Shown here one piece after another: positions 9,812 through 19,001 of a DNA stretch of 64,000 bases. Both the position numbers and the translations under genes were made by a program. How positions within the stretch are numbered: the stretch's first letter is position 1; each line of letters begins with the position of its first letter. The notes below the pieces were generated by a model that was not told the origin of the DNA, did not search any database, and worked only from the letters and a program-made list of their open reading frames with translations. The stretch is from Myxococcota bacterium (GTDB lineage: Bacteria > Myxococcota_A > UBA796 > CAJQPC01): the NCBI GenBank assembly GCA_036012755.1, contig DASCPX010000009.1, forward strand, positions 128,001-192,000. Direction: 5' to 3'.

Positions 9812-10477
9812 CTAATCCCGAGCCTCGCAGAGGTCCATGAGCTCGGCGCGAATCTCCTCGCCCGGCTCGAGTCTCTCGGCCAGCGGGCCGGTGCTCAGGC
9901 GAGCACAGACCTTCTCGGGACCGAGTCCCCTCGCCGTCTGGTGGCTGAGGCGCCGCAGGCCCTCGATGCAGTCGAGCGGATCGGCTGCGCCCTCGCAGCG
10001 GTCCGGGTTCGCCGGGAGATCCGCGGCGCGGCCAGCGACGAACCACTCCTGCCAGAAGATGAAGCGGGCGTCCGGTGCCCGCCGGATGTCGACGAGCCTG
10101 CCCGCAACGACCGAGGCGGAGGCAGCGTCCTCCATGACGGCGCCGCGAGCCTCGTCTCGGATCAAGTGGAAGCTGCACTCCCTCGCAAAGCTGCTGTCGT
10201 GGCAGGCGTCAACCCCGGCGCGAAGGTCCTCGACCGCGAGCGCCTCGGCCGCCATGAAGACACACTCGTCCCGCCACAGGGCCGCAGTCAGGGCGCGGCA
10301 GCCCTCGAGGTCCGGACCGTGCTGCGAGAGAGCTGCGGCCGAACACTCGCCGGCGACGAAGCCGTCATCGATCTGCCGGCACTGCTCCAGGGCCACCTCG
10401 AGGCCCCCTGCTGCCAGCGCCGCGGTGAAGCGCTCCGCCTCGGTGGGCTCGGCGCATGCGAACAACGACAGCAGCAC
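9812..10477 (-). CDS. hypothetical Cys-rich lipoprotein
   Basis: GTG directly after the upstream in-frame stop; VLLSLFAC; repeated C...C helical units. Confidence 0.75.
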   Translation of the reverse strand: MLLSLFACAEPTEAERFTAALAAGGLEVALEQCRQIDDGFVAGECSAAALSQHGPDLEGCRALTAALWRDECVFMAAEALAVEDLRAGVDACHDSSFARECSFHLIRDEARGAVMEDAASASVVAGRLVDIRRAPDARFIFWQEWFVAGRAADLPANPDRCEGAADPLDCIEGLRRLSHQTARGLGPEKVCARLSTGPLAERLEPGEEIRAELMDLCEARD

Positions 10478-11068
10478 TCAGACGCTCGGCCGGGGCAGGA
10501 CGATCTCCTCGCCGAGCAGCGAGTAGCTGCCTCCGAGGCGCGCCACCGGGGCGAGGTCCGCCGCTCGGACGCGCCCGTCGACCACCAGGGAGTCGTCGAG
10601 CTCGTAGGCGGTGATCTCCAGCAGGAAGAGGTGGGTGCTCCCGAGGTCTTGCGCCGAGTAGACGCGGCAGTCCAAGCGCACTCGCGCCGCCGCCACCCCT
10701 GGCGCTCCGTTTCCGGCTTCGACGGACTCGATGCCGAGGGCCTCGAACTCGCTGACCTCGGGCGGGTGGGGTGCCGAGGAGTCGTGCATGAGCTGGAGCA
10801 GTGGGGCGCTGACGATGTTGACCGTGCAGACCTCTGTCTGCAGCAGGTTGGTGCAGGTGTCCTTGAGCGCACCGCCCCGACCCCGAGCGATCGAGACGGC
10901 CACCAGCGGGGGATCGCTCGAGACGCCCATGAAGTAGGAAAAAGGCGCGAGGTTGTCGACACCCTCGGGACAGCGGGTGCCGACCCAGGCGATGGGCCGG
11001 GGGACCAGTACCGAGGTCATGAGAAAATAGGTGGCCTTCTTGTCCAGGCTGGTCGCTTCGATGTGCAT
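10478..11068 (-). CDS. flavin reductase family protein
   Basis: VPRPIAWVGT, NLAPFSYF, KDTCTN, ARLGG motifs. Confidence 0.93.
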   Translation of the reverse strand: MHIEATSLDKKATYFLMTSVLVPRPIAWVGTRCPEGVDNLAPFSYFMGVSSDPPLVAVSIARGRGGALKDTCTNLLQTEVCTVNIVSAPLLQLMHDSSAPHPPEVSEFEALGIESVEAGNGAPGVAAARVRLDCRVYSAQDLGSTHLFLLEITAYELDDSLVVDGRVRAADLAPVARLGGSYSLLGEEIVLPRPSV

Positions 11069-11360
11069 GCTGACAATCGCCCTATCGTGTCTCGGCCTTG
11101 GTTCCGACACGCCTGCCCCAGAGGGCACTCCGGCTGCCGAGGGAATGGAGCACCTTCGAGAGGTTCGCGCCGCGACCGCCGATATCGAGGAGCCGATGAT
11201 GAGGGTGGAAACACTGCTTTCCGAGCTCCGGGGAGGCGAGCGCGACCGAGAGGAGGTCCTCGCCGAACTGCGCATCGCCCTGGCAGAGGCCCAGGCCGTG
11301 GACGCCCGGCTGTCAGAGTCCCTGGATGAAGCCGAGGCCGCGTTGCTGACATCCCCCTGA
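11067..11360 (+). CDS. small helical hypothetical (possible lipoprotein)
   Basis: MLTIALSC start, amphipathic helical body, fills the gap between genes. Confidence 0.55.
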   Translation: MLTIALSCLGLGSDTPAPEGTPAAEGMEHLREVRAATADIEEPMMRVETLLSELRGGERDREEVLAELRIALAEAQAVDARLSESLDEAEAALLTSP

Positions 11361-11399
11361 CGCTCGTTCTATCGTGCGCTCCCCCCGAGGAGACAAACC

Positions 11400-11941
<542 letters not shown>

Positions 11942-11945
<4 letters not shown>

Positions 11946-12144
11946 TGCCCCTCGGCAGAAGTCGCGACGCGCCTTCCACCGGTGCCTTCGGCGCGCGCCG
12001 CGGCGCGGCGCTGGAGCACTCGTTTCCCTCCCGGGGGGCCCTGCCCCCCGGGCCTACGGCCCTCCCCCCGGCGGCCCGCTGCGCGTGCCGTCGTTCACCC
12101 CGTCGCAGCCCCGACTACGTCGGACTCGCGCCGGAGAGAACTAG
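11942..12144. repeat. dispersed REP/MITE-like repeat, long copy (CTAG...CTAG)
   Basis: Ends CCCCTCGGCAGAA and CGCGCCGGAGAGAACTAG shared with 21651-21720 and 58495-58533; internal hairpins CCGGGGGGC/GCCCCCCGG and CCGAC/GTCGG. Confidence 0.85.
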
Positions 12145-12153
12145 AGGCCCACG

Positions 12154-12519
12154 ATGCTGATAATGCTCCTGGCCCTGACGGCCGGCTGTAGCGACAAGGA
12201 CAGCGCCACGGACAGCGGCGGCGCCGACGTCCAGGCCATCGCAGACGCGAACTGCGGCGACAACTGCCACACCGGCGGCTCCGCCAGCGGCGGGCTGGCT
12301 CTGGACGACTTCGCCGGAAGCACCGTGAGCGTCCCCTCCCAGGACGTACCGGAGATGAACCGCGTCGAGCCCGGCGACCTCGACAACAGCTACCTCTGGC
12401 ACAAGCTCGAGGGCACCCACGTCGATGTCGGCGGCGACGGCTCCGAGATGCCACTCGGCCAGACCCTCTCTGACGACGACCGCAGCGCCATCCAGGAGTG
12501 GATCGAGGACGCGGGCTAG
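12154..12519 (+). CDS. lipoprotein c-type cytochrome, paralog of 11400
   Basis: LTAGC lipobox, CGDNCH (CX3CH), VEPGD..SYLWHKL, MP. Confidence 0.85.
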   Translation: MLIMLLALTAGCSDKDSATDSGGADVQAIADANCGDNCHTGGSASGGLALDDFAGSTVSVPSQDVPEMNRVEPGDLDNSYLWHKLEGTHVDVGGDGSEMPLGQTLSDDDRSAIQEWIEDAG

Positions 12520-12523
12520 AGAC

Positions 12524-13147
12524 CTAGGAACTCAAAGCGTCGAGCGCCTCCCGCAGGCGCCTGACGTGTCCGATGAGGACCCCGGGCGCAAGCAGGCTCA
12601 TCCGGTCGTCCTCTGGCAGCGCTCCGTGCACGTGGACGCGCCGAAGGGGCTCGGCGTGGTCCTCGCTCGAGAGCGTCATGCCGCCCAGGGGCCCGATGCT
12701 GAGCATGGCGTGTGAGTCTTCGATGGGCAGGGCGGGGACCTCGAGGTAGGCCTCGACGCTGGGGGCGACACAGAAGACCACCGAGCGCTCCGCCTTGCCG
12801 GGCACATCGAAGGTCTTCGCGAGAGAGATGAGGGCGGCGACGGGAGCCGCGCTGCGGGCGGCGCCGTGGCCCTCGTCGAGGGCGAGCACGACGACTGGAC
12901 TCGACTGGTCCCCGTCGACGAGCCCGCAGACGACGTCCTCGCGCACGTAGGCGCTTCCGAACCCGGGCAGCGTGTGCATCCGCTCGAGCCGTTGCTGGAT
13001 ACGCGCCTGTCGGTCCGGCGGCTCACCCTCCAGCATGTAGAGGTCGCGCCGGATGTCCTCTTCGCTGAGGGCGTCGAGGCCGCCCTTGGCCATATCGATG
13101 CCGAGCTGCTCCGCGGGGCAGGCGAGGAGCAGGAGCAGGCTCAGCAT
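12524..13147 (-). CDS. lipoprotein, degenerate M28 peptidase-like
   Basis: MLSLLLLLAC; GAARSAAPVAALISLAK...RSVVF parallels M28 GADDNASG.AA..E.AR...RS..F without the metal ligands. Confidence 0.6.
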   Translation of the reverse strand: MLSLLLLLACPAEQLGIDMAKGGLDALSEEDIRRDLYMLEGEPPDRQARIQQRLERMHTLPGFGSAYVREDVVCGLVDGDQSSPVVVLALDEGHGAARSAAPVAALISLAKTFDVPGKAERSVVFCVAPSVEAYLEVPALPIEDSHAMLSIGPLGGMTLSSEDHAEPLRRVHVHGALPEDDRMSLLAPGVLIGHVRRLREALDALSS

Positions 13148-14382
13148 CCGTAGGCCTTCCGCACGGCCTCGTCGAGGCCCTCCTGGTCCGCAGCCCGGGC
13201 GGCATCGGCGATGCCCGCGGTGCGCGCTGGCCATGGCAGACGGTGGAGCTCCACCGCCTTCACCCTCGGCGCCGGAAAGCGAGCTCCATACCAGGCGTTG
13301 ACCGGCGCGGAGTTGAGCAGGCCGCAGAGCAGCCAGGAATCCTCTGCCCCTTCGCTGACGTAGCAGGAGTCCAGCGGGTAGCGACGCTCGGTGTCCACAG
13401 CGCAGCGCAGGGTGCGCCCGGAGGTCCCGGCCAGCACCACCTTGTCCGGCACGTCGAAGAGCGCGCGGGACTTGGGGGCGACATAGGGGCGGCGCGCCAG
13501 CATCTCCCGAGGACGGTACCGGAGCCACTCGCGAGATTCCGCGATGTGAAAGCGACGGACCTCTCTCCCCCTGCAGGTGCGGACATCGCCGATGGTGGGC
13601 GGTCCTTTGTGGAGCCACTCGCGGTAGCTGCCGCAGACCACTCCCATGCGCAGCCTGAGGTGCTCTCCCAGCAGGCTCCCACCCTCGAGGATCGGCACCT
13701 CGTCCTCCATCGAGAAGACACCGTCGACGAGGCGCACCAACCCCTCCTCCACCAGACCCTCGGCGTCCAGGCGCCCGCGCCGGTGGCGAGCCCGTGGGTC
13801 GATGACGAGCAGGACCGTGCCGATCGTGGCCTCGAAGGCCTTCTTCGGGAGCCGAGCGACGAGGTCGAGGTGCGGATCGACGTGCTCGCGAAAGGCGGCG
13901 TAGGAGGACAGCGAGAGCCAGGTGTCGGCGAGCACGATGGCGACACGAGGCGACAGCTGCAGCATTCGCTCGACGAAGGGGGCGTAGAGGTCGACCTTGT
14001 CCGTCGCAGTGGAGAAGGTCCAGGCGCGAGCTCGCTGCTCTGGAGCCAGGTTCTGTGGCCGGACGTAGGGTGGATTGCCCACGACGAGGTCAGCGCGGCT
14101 GTCGTCGAGGACCAGCGCGTCTCGCACCTCGAGGGTGGCGGAGGGCACACGGGTCCTTGCTGCCGCGATGGCGGCCGGGGCTATGTCCCAGCCCCAAAGC
14201 CGCAGGCGGGGGTTGCGCCGGTGGACAGCCTGGAGCCAGCGGCCGTCACCGCAAGCCGGGTCGAGCACCGTGCCTTCGTCCGGAAGCTCGATCGTGTCCA
14301 GCGCGCGCTCGACGAGCCACTCCGGCGTGGGCCACTGGCCCAGGCCCTTGGGGTCGGTGATCCAGTCAGTCGAGGTAGCCAT
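13141..14382 (-). CDS. N6-adenine DNA methyltransferase (gamma class, TaqI/Eco57I-like) with C-terminal specificity domain
   Basis: VLDPACGDG motif I, VVGNPPY motif IV, DLYAPF, C-terminal LCGLLNS. Confidence 0.85.
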   Translation of the reverse strand: MATSTDWITDPKGLGQWPTPEWLVERALDTIELPDEGTVLDPACGDGRWLQAVHRRNPRLRLWGWDIAPAAIAAARTRVPSATLEVRDALVLDDSRADLVVGNPPYVRPQNLAPEQRARAWTFSTATDKVDLYAPFVERMLQLSPRVAIVLADTWLSLSSYAAFREHVDPHLDLVARLPKKAFEATIGTVLLVIDPRARHRRGRLDAEGLVEEGLVRLVDGVFSMEDEVPILEGGSLLGEHLRLRMGVVCGSYREWLHKGPPTIGDVRTCRGREVRRFHIAESREWLRYRPREMLARRPYVAPKSRALFDVPDKVVLAGTSGRTLRCAVDTERRYPLDSCYVSEGAEDSWLLCGLLNSAPVNAWYGARFPAPRVKAVELHRLPWPARTAGIADAARAADQEGLDEAVRKAYGC

Positions 14383-15367
14383 GGTCCCGGAACCAGCGCC
14401 AGGCCTTCTCGACCGAGACGTTCAGTGGGGTCGCGGGCAGGCCCAGCGTATCGCGCGCCAGGGCCGCCGAGCGATAGCGCGGCATACCCATCGACCGGAG
14501 CACGTAGCGGTTCAAGCCGACGAAGCGGTGCGCGTCGAAGCGGGAGCCGACAGCACCCACGAGCCCGGCCAGCTCTGCGAGCGTGCGGGGCAGCGGAACG
14601 ATCGGAGGCCGGCGACCGACGACCTCGGCGATGATCCCCATGAAGTCCCGGTAGCTGTGGTTCTCGTTGCCGAGCAGGTATCGCCGTCCGGGCTGGCCCT
14701 TCTCCATCGCGAGGATGTGGCCCAGTGCGCAGTCGTCCGCGTCCTGGAAGCACTTGCCGCCCTTCGGGTAGACCGGGACCCAGCGCCTGGCCATCGTCAG
14801 CACCATCTGCCCGCTGGTCGGCTTGATGTCCCAGGCGCCCAGGATGAAGTCGGGGTTCACGATGACCGCCTCGACGCCCTCTGCGCTGCGCACCACCTCC
14901 TCGCAGGCCAGCTTGCTGTCGTGGTACCAGCGGAGCGGCCCGTCGTGGCCGTAGATCGGGGTCGGGTCGAGCGGGGTGTCCTCGTCGCCCGGACTCTCGA
15001 GCGAGCCGAAGCCGACGGTGACGCTGGAGCTGCAGACCACGACGCGCCGAGCACCGACCTTGTGCGCGGCCTGCAGCAGGTTCCGGGTGCCGTCGACGTG
15101 GACCGCGTACATCAGCTCGCGACCCTTGGGGCTGGTGTCGAAGACCCCAGCGAGGTGGTAGACCTCCTCGACCCCTTCCATCGCACGAGCGAGGGCCTCG
15201 ACATCGGACAGCGGAGCCTGTGAGGTCGTGATCGGCAGCCCGTCGAGGCAGAGCCCGGGGCTCTGCTTTCGGGTCAGGCAAAGGACCTCTTGCTCGCGCT
15301 CGACGAGGTGCCGGACGAGGTTGGCGCCGAGGAAGCCGGTGCCGCCGGTGAGGAGGACCTTCTTCAA
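14366..15367 (-). CDS. NAD-dependent epimerase/dehydratase (HpnA/DFR-like)
   Basis: TGGTGFLG, HLAG, YxxxK (YHDSK), GRRYLLG. Confidence 0.92.
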   Translation of the reverse strand: MKKVLLTGGTGFLGANLVRHLVEREQEVLCLTRKQSPGLCLDGLPITTSQAPLSDVEALARAMEGVEEVYHLAGVFDTSPKGRELMYAVHVDGTRNLLQAAHKVGARRVVVCSSSVTVGFGSLESPGDEDTPLDPTPIYGHDGPLRWYHDSKLACEEVVRSAEGVEAVIVNPDFILGAWDIKPTSGQMVLTMARRWVPVYPKGGKCFQDADDCALGHILAMEKGQPGRRYLLGNENHSYRDFMGIIAEVVGRRPPIVPLPRTLAELAGLVGAVGSRFDAHRFVGLNRYVLRSMGMPRYRSAALARDTLGLPATPLNVSVEKAWRWFRDHGYLD

Positions 15368-15373
15368 GCGGGT

Positions 15374-16519
15374 CTAGCGACTGAAGATGTGGCGACTGAT
15401 GATGAGGCGCTGGATCTGGGAGGTGCCCTCGTAGATCTGGAAGATCTTGGCGTCACGCATGAGCTTCTCGACCGGGTACTCGCCCGAGTAGCCATAGCCT
15501 CCGAAGACCTGGACGGCGTCGGTCGTGATCTTCATGGCCGCATCAGCGCAGAAGGCCTTGGCCATGGAGCTCTCGGCGGTGTTGCGCCGCCCGGCGTCCT
15601 TCATGGCGGCTGCCTGCCAGCACAGCAGCCGGCCCGCGTCGATGTTCATCTTCATCTCGGCGATCATGAAGGCGATGGACTGGTGGGCGGCGATGGGCTT
15701 GCCGAAGGTCTTGCGCTCCGTGGCGTACTGCACCGCGTGCTCGAAGGCGGACCGGGCGACGCCTACAGCTGCCGAGGCGACCGAAGGCCGCGTGTGGTCG
15801 AAGGCCGCCATGGCCAGCTTCCAGCCATCACCGACCCGCCCGACGACGTTTTCGTCCGGCACCTCGACGTCCTCGAAGTTGATGGCGCGGGTGTCGCTGG
15901 CCCGCTGCCCCATGTTGTGCTCCTTCTTGCCGACGGTGACGCCGGCGGAGGCGCGATCGACGATGAAGGCGGTCATTCCCCCCCGGGCCTTCTTCTCCGC
16001 GTCGGTCAGCGCGACGACGAAGTACCAGTCCGCCACTCCGGCGTTGGTGATCCACATCTTGTTGCCGTTGAGGATCCACTTGTCGCCCTGCTTCACGGCG
16101 GTGGTCTTCAGCGCCTGCACGTCCGAGCCCGCGCCGGGCTCCGTGACCGCGTAGGCGCAGAGGCCGTAGTTGTCGATCATGGGCTCGAGGTACTTCTTCT
16201 TCAGCGACTCCGAGCCGCCGAGGATGACCGGCGCCTGAGCCAGGCCGTTGGCCTCCATCGCCGTGCCGATCCCTGAGCAGCCCCAAGCGAACTCCTCCGC
16301 CATGAGGACGCCCTCGAGGGCGCCCAGCGCGAGGCCGCCGTGCTGCTCTTCGAGGTGGGTGTTCATCAGACCGATCTCGTGAGCCTGCTTCAGGATCTCG
16401 TGGGGGTACTCACCGGTCTGGTCGTGGTGGACGGCGGCAGGACGGATGACGTCGCGGGCGAACTCGTGGGCGAGGGCGCGGAGGGCTTCCTGCTCTTCGC
16501 TCAGCTGGAGAAAGGACAT
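15374..16519 (-). CDS. acyl-CoA dehydrogenase (MCAD-like)
   Basis: [43 protein letters not shown]. Confidence 0.97.
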   Translation of the reverse strand: MSFLQLSEEQEALRALAHEFARDVIRPAAVHHDQTGEYPHEILKQAHEIGLMNTHLEEQHGGLALGALEGVLMAEEFAWGCSGIGTAMEANGLAQAPVILGGSESLKKKYLEPMIDNYGLCAYAVTEPGAGSDVQALKTTAVKQGDKWILNGNKMWITNAGVADWYFVVALTDAEKKARGGMTAFIVDRASAGVTVGKKEHNMGQRASDTRAINFEDVEVPDENVVGRVGDGWKLAMAAFDHTRPSVASAAVGVARSAFEHAVQYATERKTFGKPIAAHQSIAFMIAEMKMNIDAGRLLCWQAAAMKDAGRRNTAESSMAKAFCADAAMKITTDAVQVFGGYGYSGEYPVEKLMRDAKIFQIYEGTSQIQRLIISRHIFSR

Positions 16520-16565
16520 TCGGGACTCCTTGGGAACCAAGCCCTATCCCGTCGCGTCATTGCGC

Positions 16566-17609
16566 TCACTCGAAGCAGCTCTCGGCCTCTGCCATGCCAT
16601 GGAAGGTGAGGATGTTGAAGGCCTGGATCGAGTCGAACTCCGCCACCACCGGCGCGCCCGACGGCACCGACTGGACGCTCTCGATGATCTGTTCGAGCCC
16701 GCGGACGTAGCCATCGCAGATACCGCCAGCGCCCCGCTCGTAGGACTGCACCGCCACGATCCCGAAGGCGATGACCTGCTCGAGGGTCTCGAACTCCGCC
16801 TCCACCCCCACCACACAGCCGCTCCGGGCGAGCACGGGGTACCAGCTGGCGCCACTGCCAGCGCGCATGTTCAAGAGCATCCAGTCGTTCGGGCCGATGT
16901 CCTCGACCCCATCGACGTAGCTCGCCGCCAGCGCGCTGCTGTGCTCGACGCTCCAGCGGCACAGCTCCGGCGAGGGGTCGAAGACCGTGGCGTCCTCTTC
17001 GGCCAGGGCCCGGGCCAGCTCCTTGGCCTCCACGAGGGTCAGTCCGCCGCGCTGGCGCTCCCACTTCTGGACGTTGCCAGCGTCGCGCACGATGTTCTCG
17101 ATGTGGCGGAGGACGTAGCGCTCCCGGAAGCTCTCCGCTTCGCTGGCCTTGGTCGGATCGACCTTCACCCGCCGCAGCATGCGCTCGGTGCGGTCTCGCA
17201 GCTCTGGACTCGAGCCCAGCCACCGGGCGTGGGAGTACGCCCAGTAGAGGGCGAGGAAGTCCTCGGCCGTGACGCCCTTGTCCGCAGAGAACCAGGTCTC
17301 CGCGATCACGCTGTAGCTGCCGGTGAGCACGAAGCGCGCGCCGAGGCCGTTGCCGAGCTCCTGGGCGGTGGCCGGATCGAGGAAGCCGCTCTCTGCGAGC
17401 TGCATCTCCTCCATCAAGGCAGCCAGCCGGTCGCGCTCGACGAGCTCGAGCCCCGGCACCTTCGACAGGTCCGTGACGAGCATGCCCGCCAGCGCCTTGC
17501 CGAGGCCGTCGTACTCTTCGCTGGCGGCGGCCCTGTCGAGAGGCAGGACCGCCAGGGTGCTCGCCCGGGCAGGGGCGACGAGCAGCAACAGCAGGACCAA
17601 CAGCGTCAT
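16566..17609 (-). CDS. secreted protein with truncated CsgG/HfaB/FlgO-like N-domain (internal deletion likely)
   Basis: Signal peptide; LAVLPL...LVERDRL...DPATAQELG...ARFVLTGS, then an abrupt switch after AET. Confidence 0.7.
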   Translation of the reverse strand: MTLLVLLLLLVAPARASTLAVLPLDRAAASEEYDGLGKALAGMLVTDLSKVPGLELVERDRLAALMEEMQLAESGFLDPATAQELGNGLGARFVLTGSYSVIAETWFSADKGVTAEDFLALYWAYSHARWLGSSPELRDRTERMLRRVKVDPTKASEAESFRERYVLRHIENIVRDAGNVQKWERQRGGLTLVEAKELARALAEEDATVFDPSPELCRWSVEHSSALAASYVDGVEDIGPNDWMLLNMRAGSGASWYPVLARSGCVVGVEAEFETLEQVIAFGIVAVQSYERGAGGICDGYVRGLEQIIESVQSVPSGAPVVAEFDSIQAFNILTFHGMAEAESCFE

Positions 17610-18955
17610 CGCAGGGGCTCCACGCAGCCCCAGAGGACCAGGTTGTAGTAGGTCATCATCGGTGCCCAGGTGGCGAAGCCGACGTAGGCTTCACCGGCGT
17701 TTTCGACCAGGTTGTCGTCCACGACCCAGGCCTGCGCCTCGACGATCTTGGAGGCGCAGTAGCCCTCTTCGGGCCCGCAGGTTGGTCCTGGCAGCTTCCT
17801 CGAGGAACGCGGCCGCCTCGTAGGGGTCGCTGACCTTTGCGGGCTCGTCGAGGCAGCCGAAGTCGCGCAGGGGGCCGTAGACCATGCCGAGCTCGTTGAT
17901 GTAGTCCTCGGCCTCGCCGTATTGGACGATGCTGGTGTCGCCCTCGAGGATGGCGCGCTCGAGCAGCATGAGCTCTTCGGGGGTCCTTCCCAGGCGGGCC
18001 CGCTGGTCGTCTGCCGTGCCCTCGGCGACCCGGAGCACGTCCTCGACGTAGCTCTCGAGGCGGGCGCGGGGCTGTTCTTCGCCGGCGTGCCGGGCGAGCA
18101 GGTCATCCAGCAGCTTCGTCAGCTGGGAGCTGGCACCCTCTCCGGCGAGCACGAAGGCCTGCAGCACCGCGAGGCGGTCGTCGACGGTCAGCCCCTGCGA
18201 GCCATGGCGAGGGACCTCGCCTGCGAGTCCGTGGTCCGCCGCAGCCACGCGCAGAGCAGCGAGCTCGGTGGCGCTGTCCTCGCCGCAGGCCACGATGGCG
18301 TCGCCGAGCTCGAAGCCCACCTCGTCGTCCCAGTGGTTCGGCGTGCCCACGATGAGCTCGCTCGCCGCCCAGTAGGCCGGCGCCGCCACGCGGAGTCGCT
18401 CGTCCCCGACGATCTCGGCCCTGCGCAGGTATGCGAAGTGGGCAGGTGCCCGGGCCCGCAGCTCTGCGAGATCGGCCTGGGCCTCAGCGAACTCGGGGTC
18501 GAGCTTCAGGGCCTCGGCGTATGCCGCGCGGGCCGCATCGATCCGACCTTCCGACTCCAGCTCGAGACCCTCCGACCACGCTGTCAGGGCGTCGAAGGAC
18601 TCCGTGGGTGTGTCGACCATGAGCGCGCGGCGCTCCTTGGCGCTGAGCTCGACGTCCGCGAGCAGCGAGGCGACGACATCCTTTTCGACCGCGACCCAGT
18701 CGGCCACCGGTCCCTGGGACGCCGCCGTGTGGAGCACGCTCGCGCTCTGGGTGTCCACGATGCGCGCGTCCATGGCGAAGGTGCCAGCTGCGACCGCTCC
18801 AGCAGGTCGATGGCGGCGATGTCATCGAGATCGCTCACGATCATGCCGGCGAGGCCCTTGCCGAGGCCAGCGAACTCCTCGCTCGCTGCGGCCCTCTCGA
18901 GCGGCAGGACCGCCAGGGACTCGGCGCTGGCGACATCGAGCAGGAGGAGGAGCAT
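17606..18955 (-). pseudogene. CsgG/HfaB-like + TPR protein, frameshifted (~18785 and ~17780)
   Basis: Three frames join into one paralog of 16566-17609; the last frame ends in an ATGA overlap with 17609. Confidence 0.7.
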
Positions 18956-19001
18956 GGACCCAGGAACTAACAGGGCGCGCACCCCTTACAGTCCGCGATG
19001 G

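Noticed and set aside
12516..12527. CTAG-AGAC-CTAG between convergent genes as a repeat footprint
   Set aside because: Explained by two facing TAG stops; no repeat-end sequence is present.
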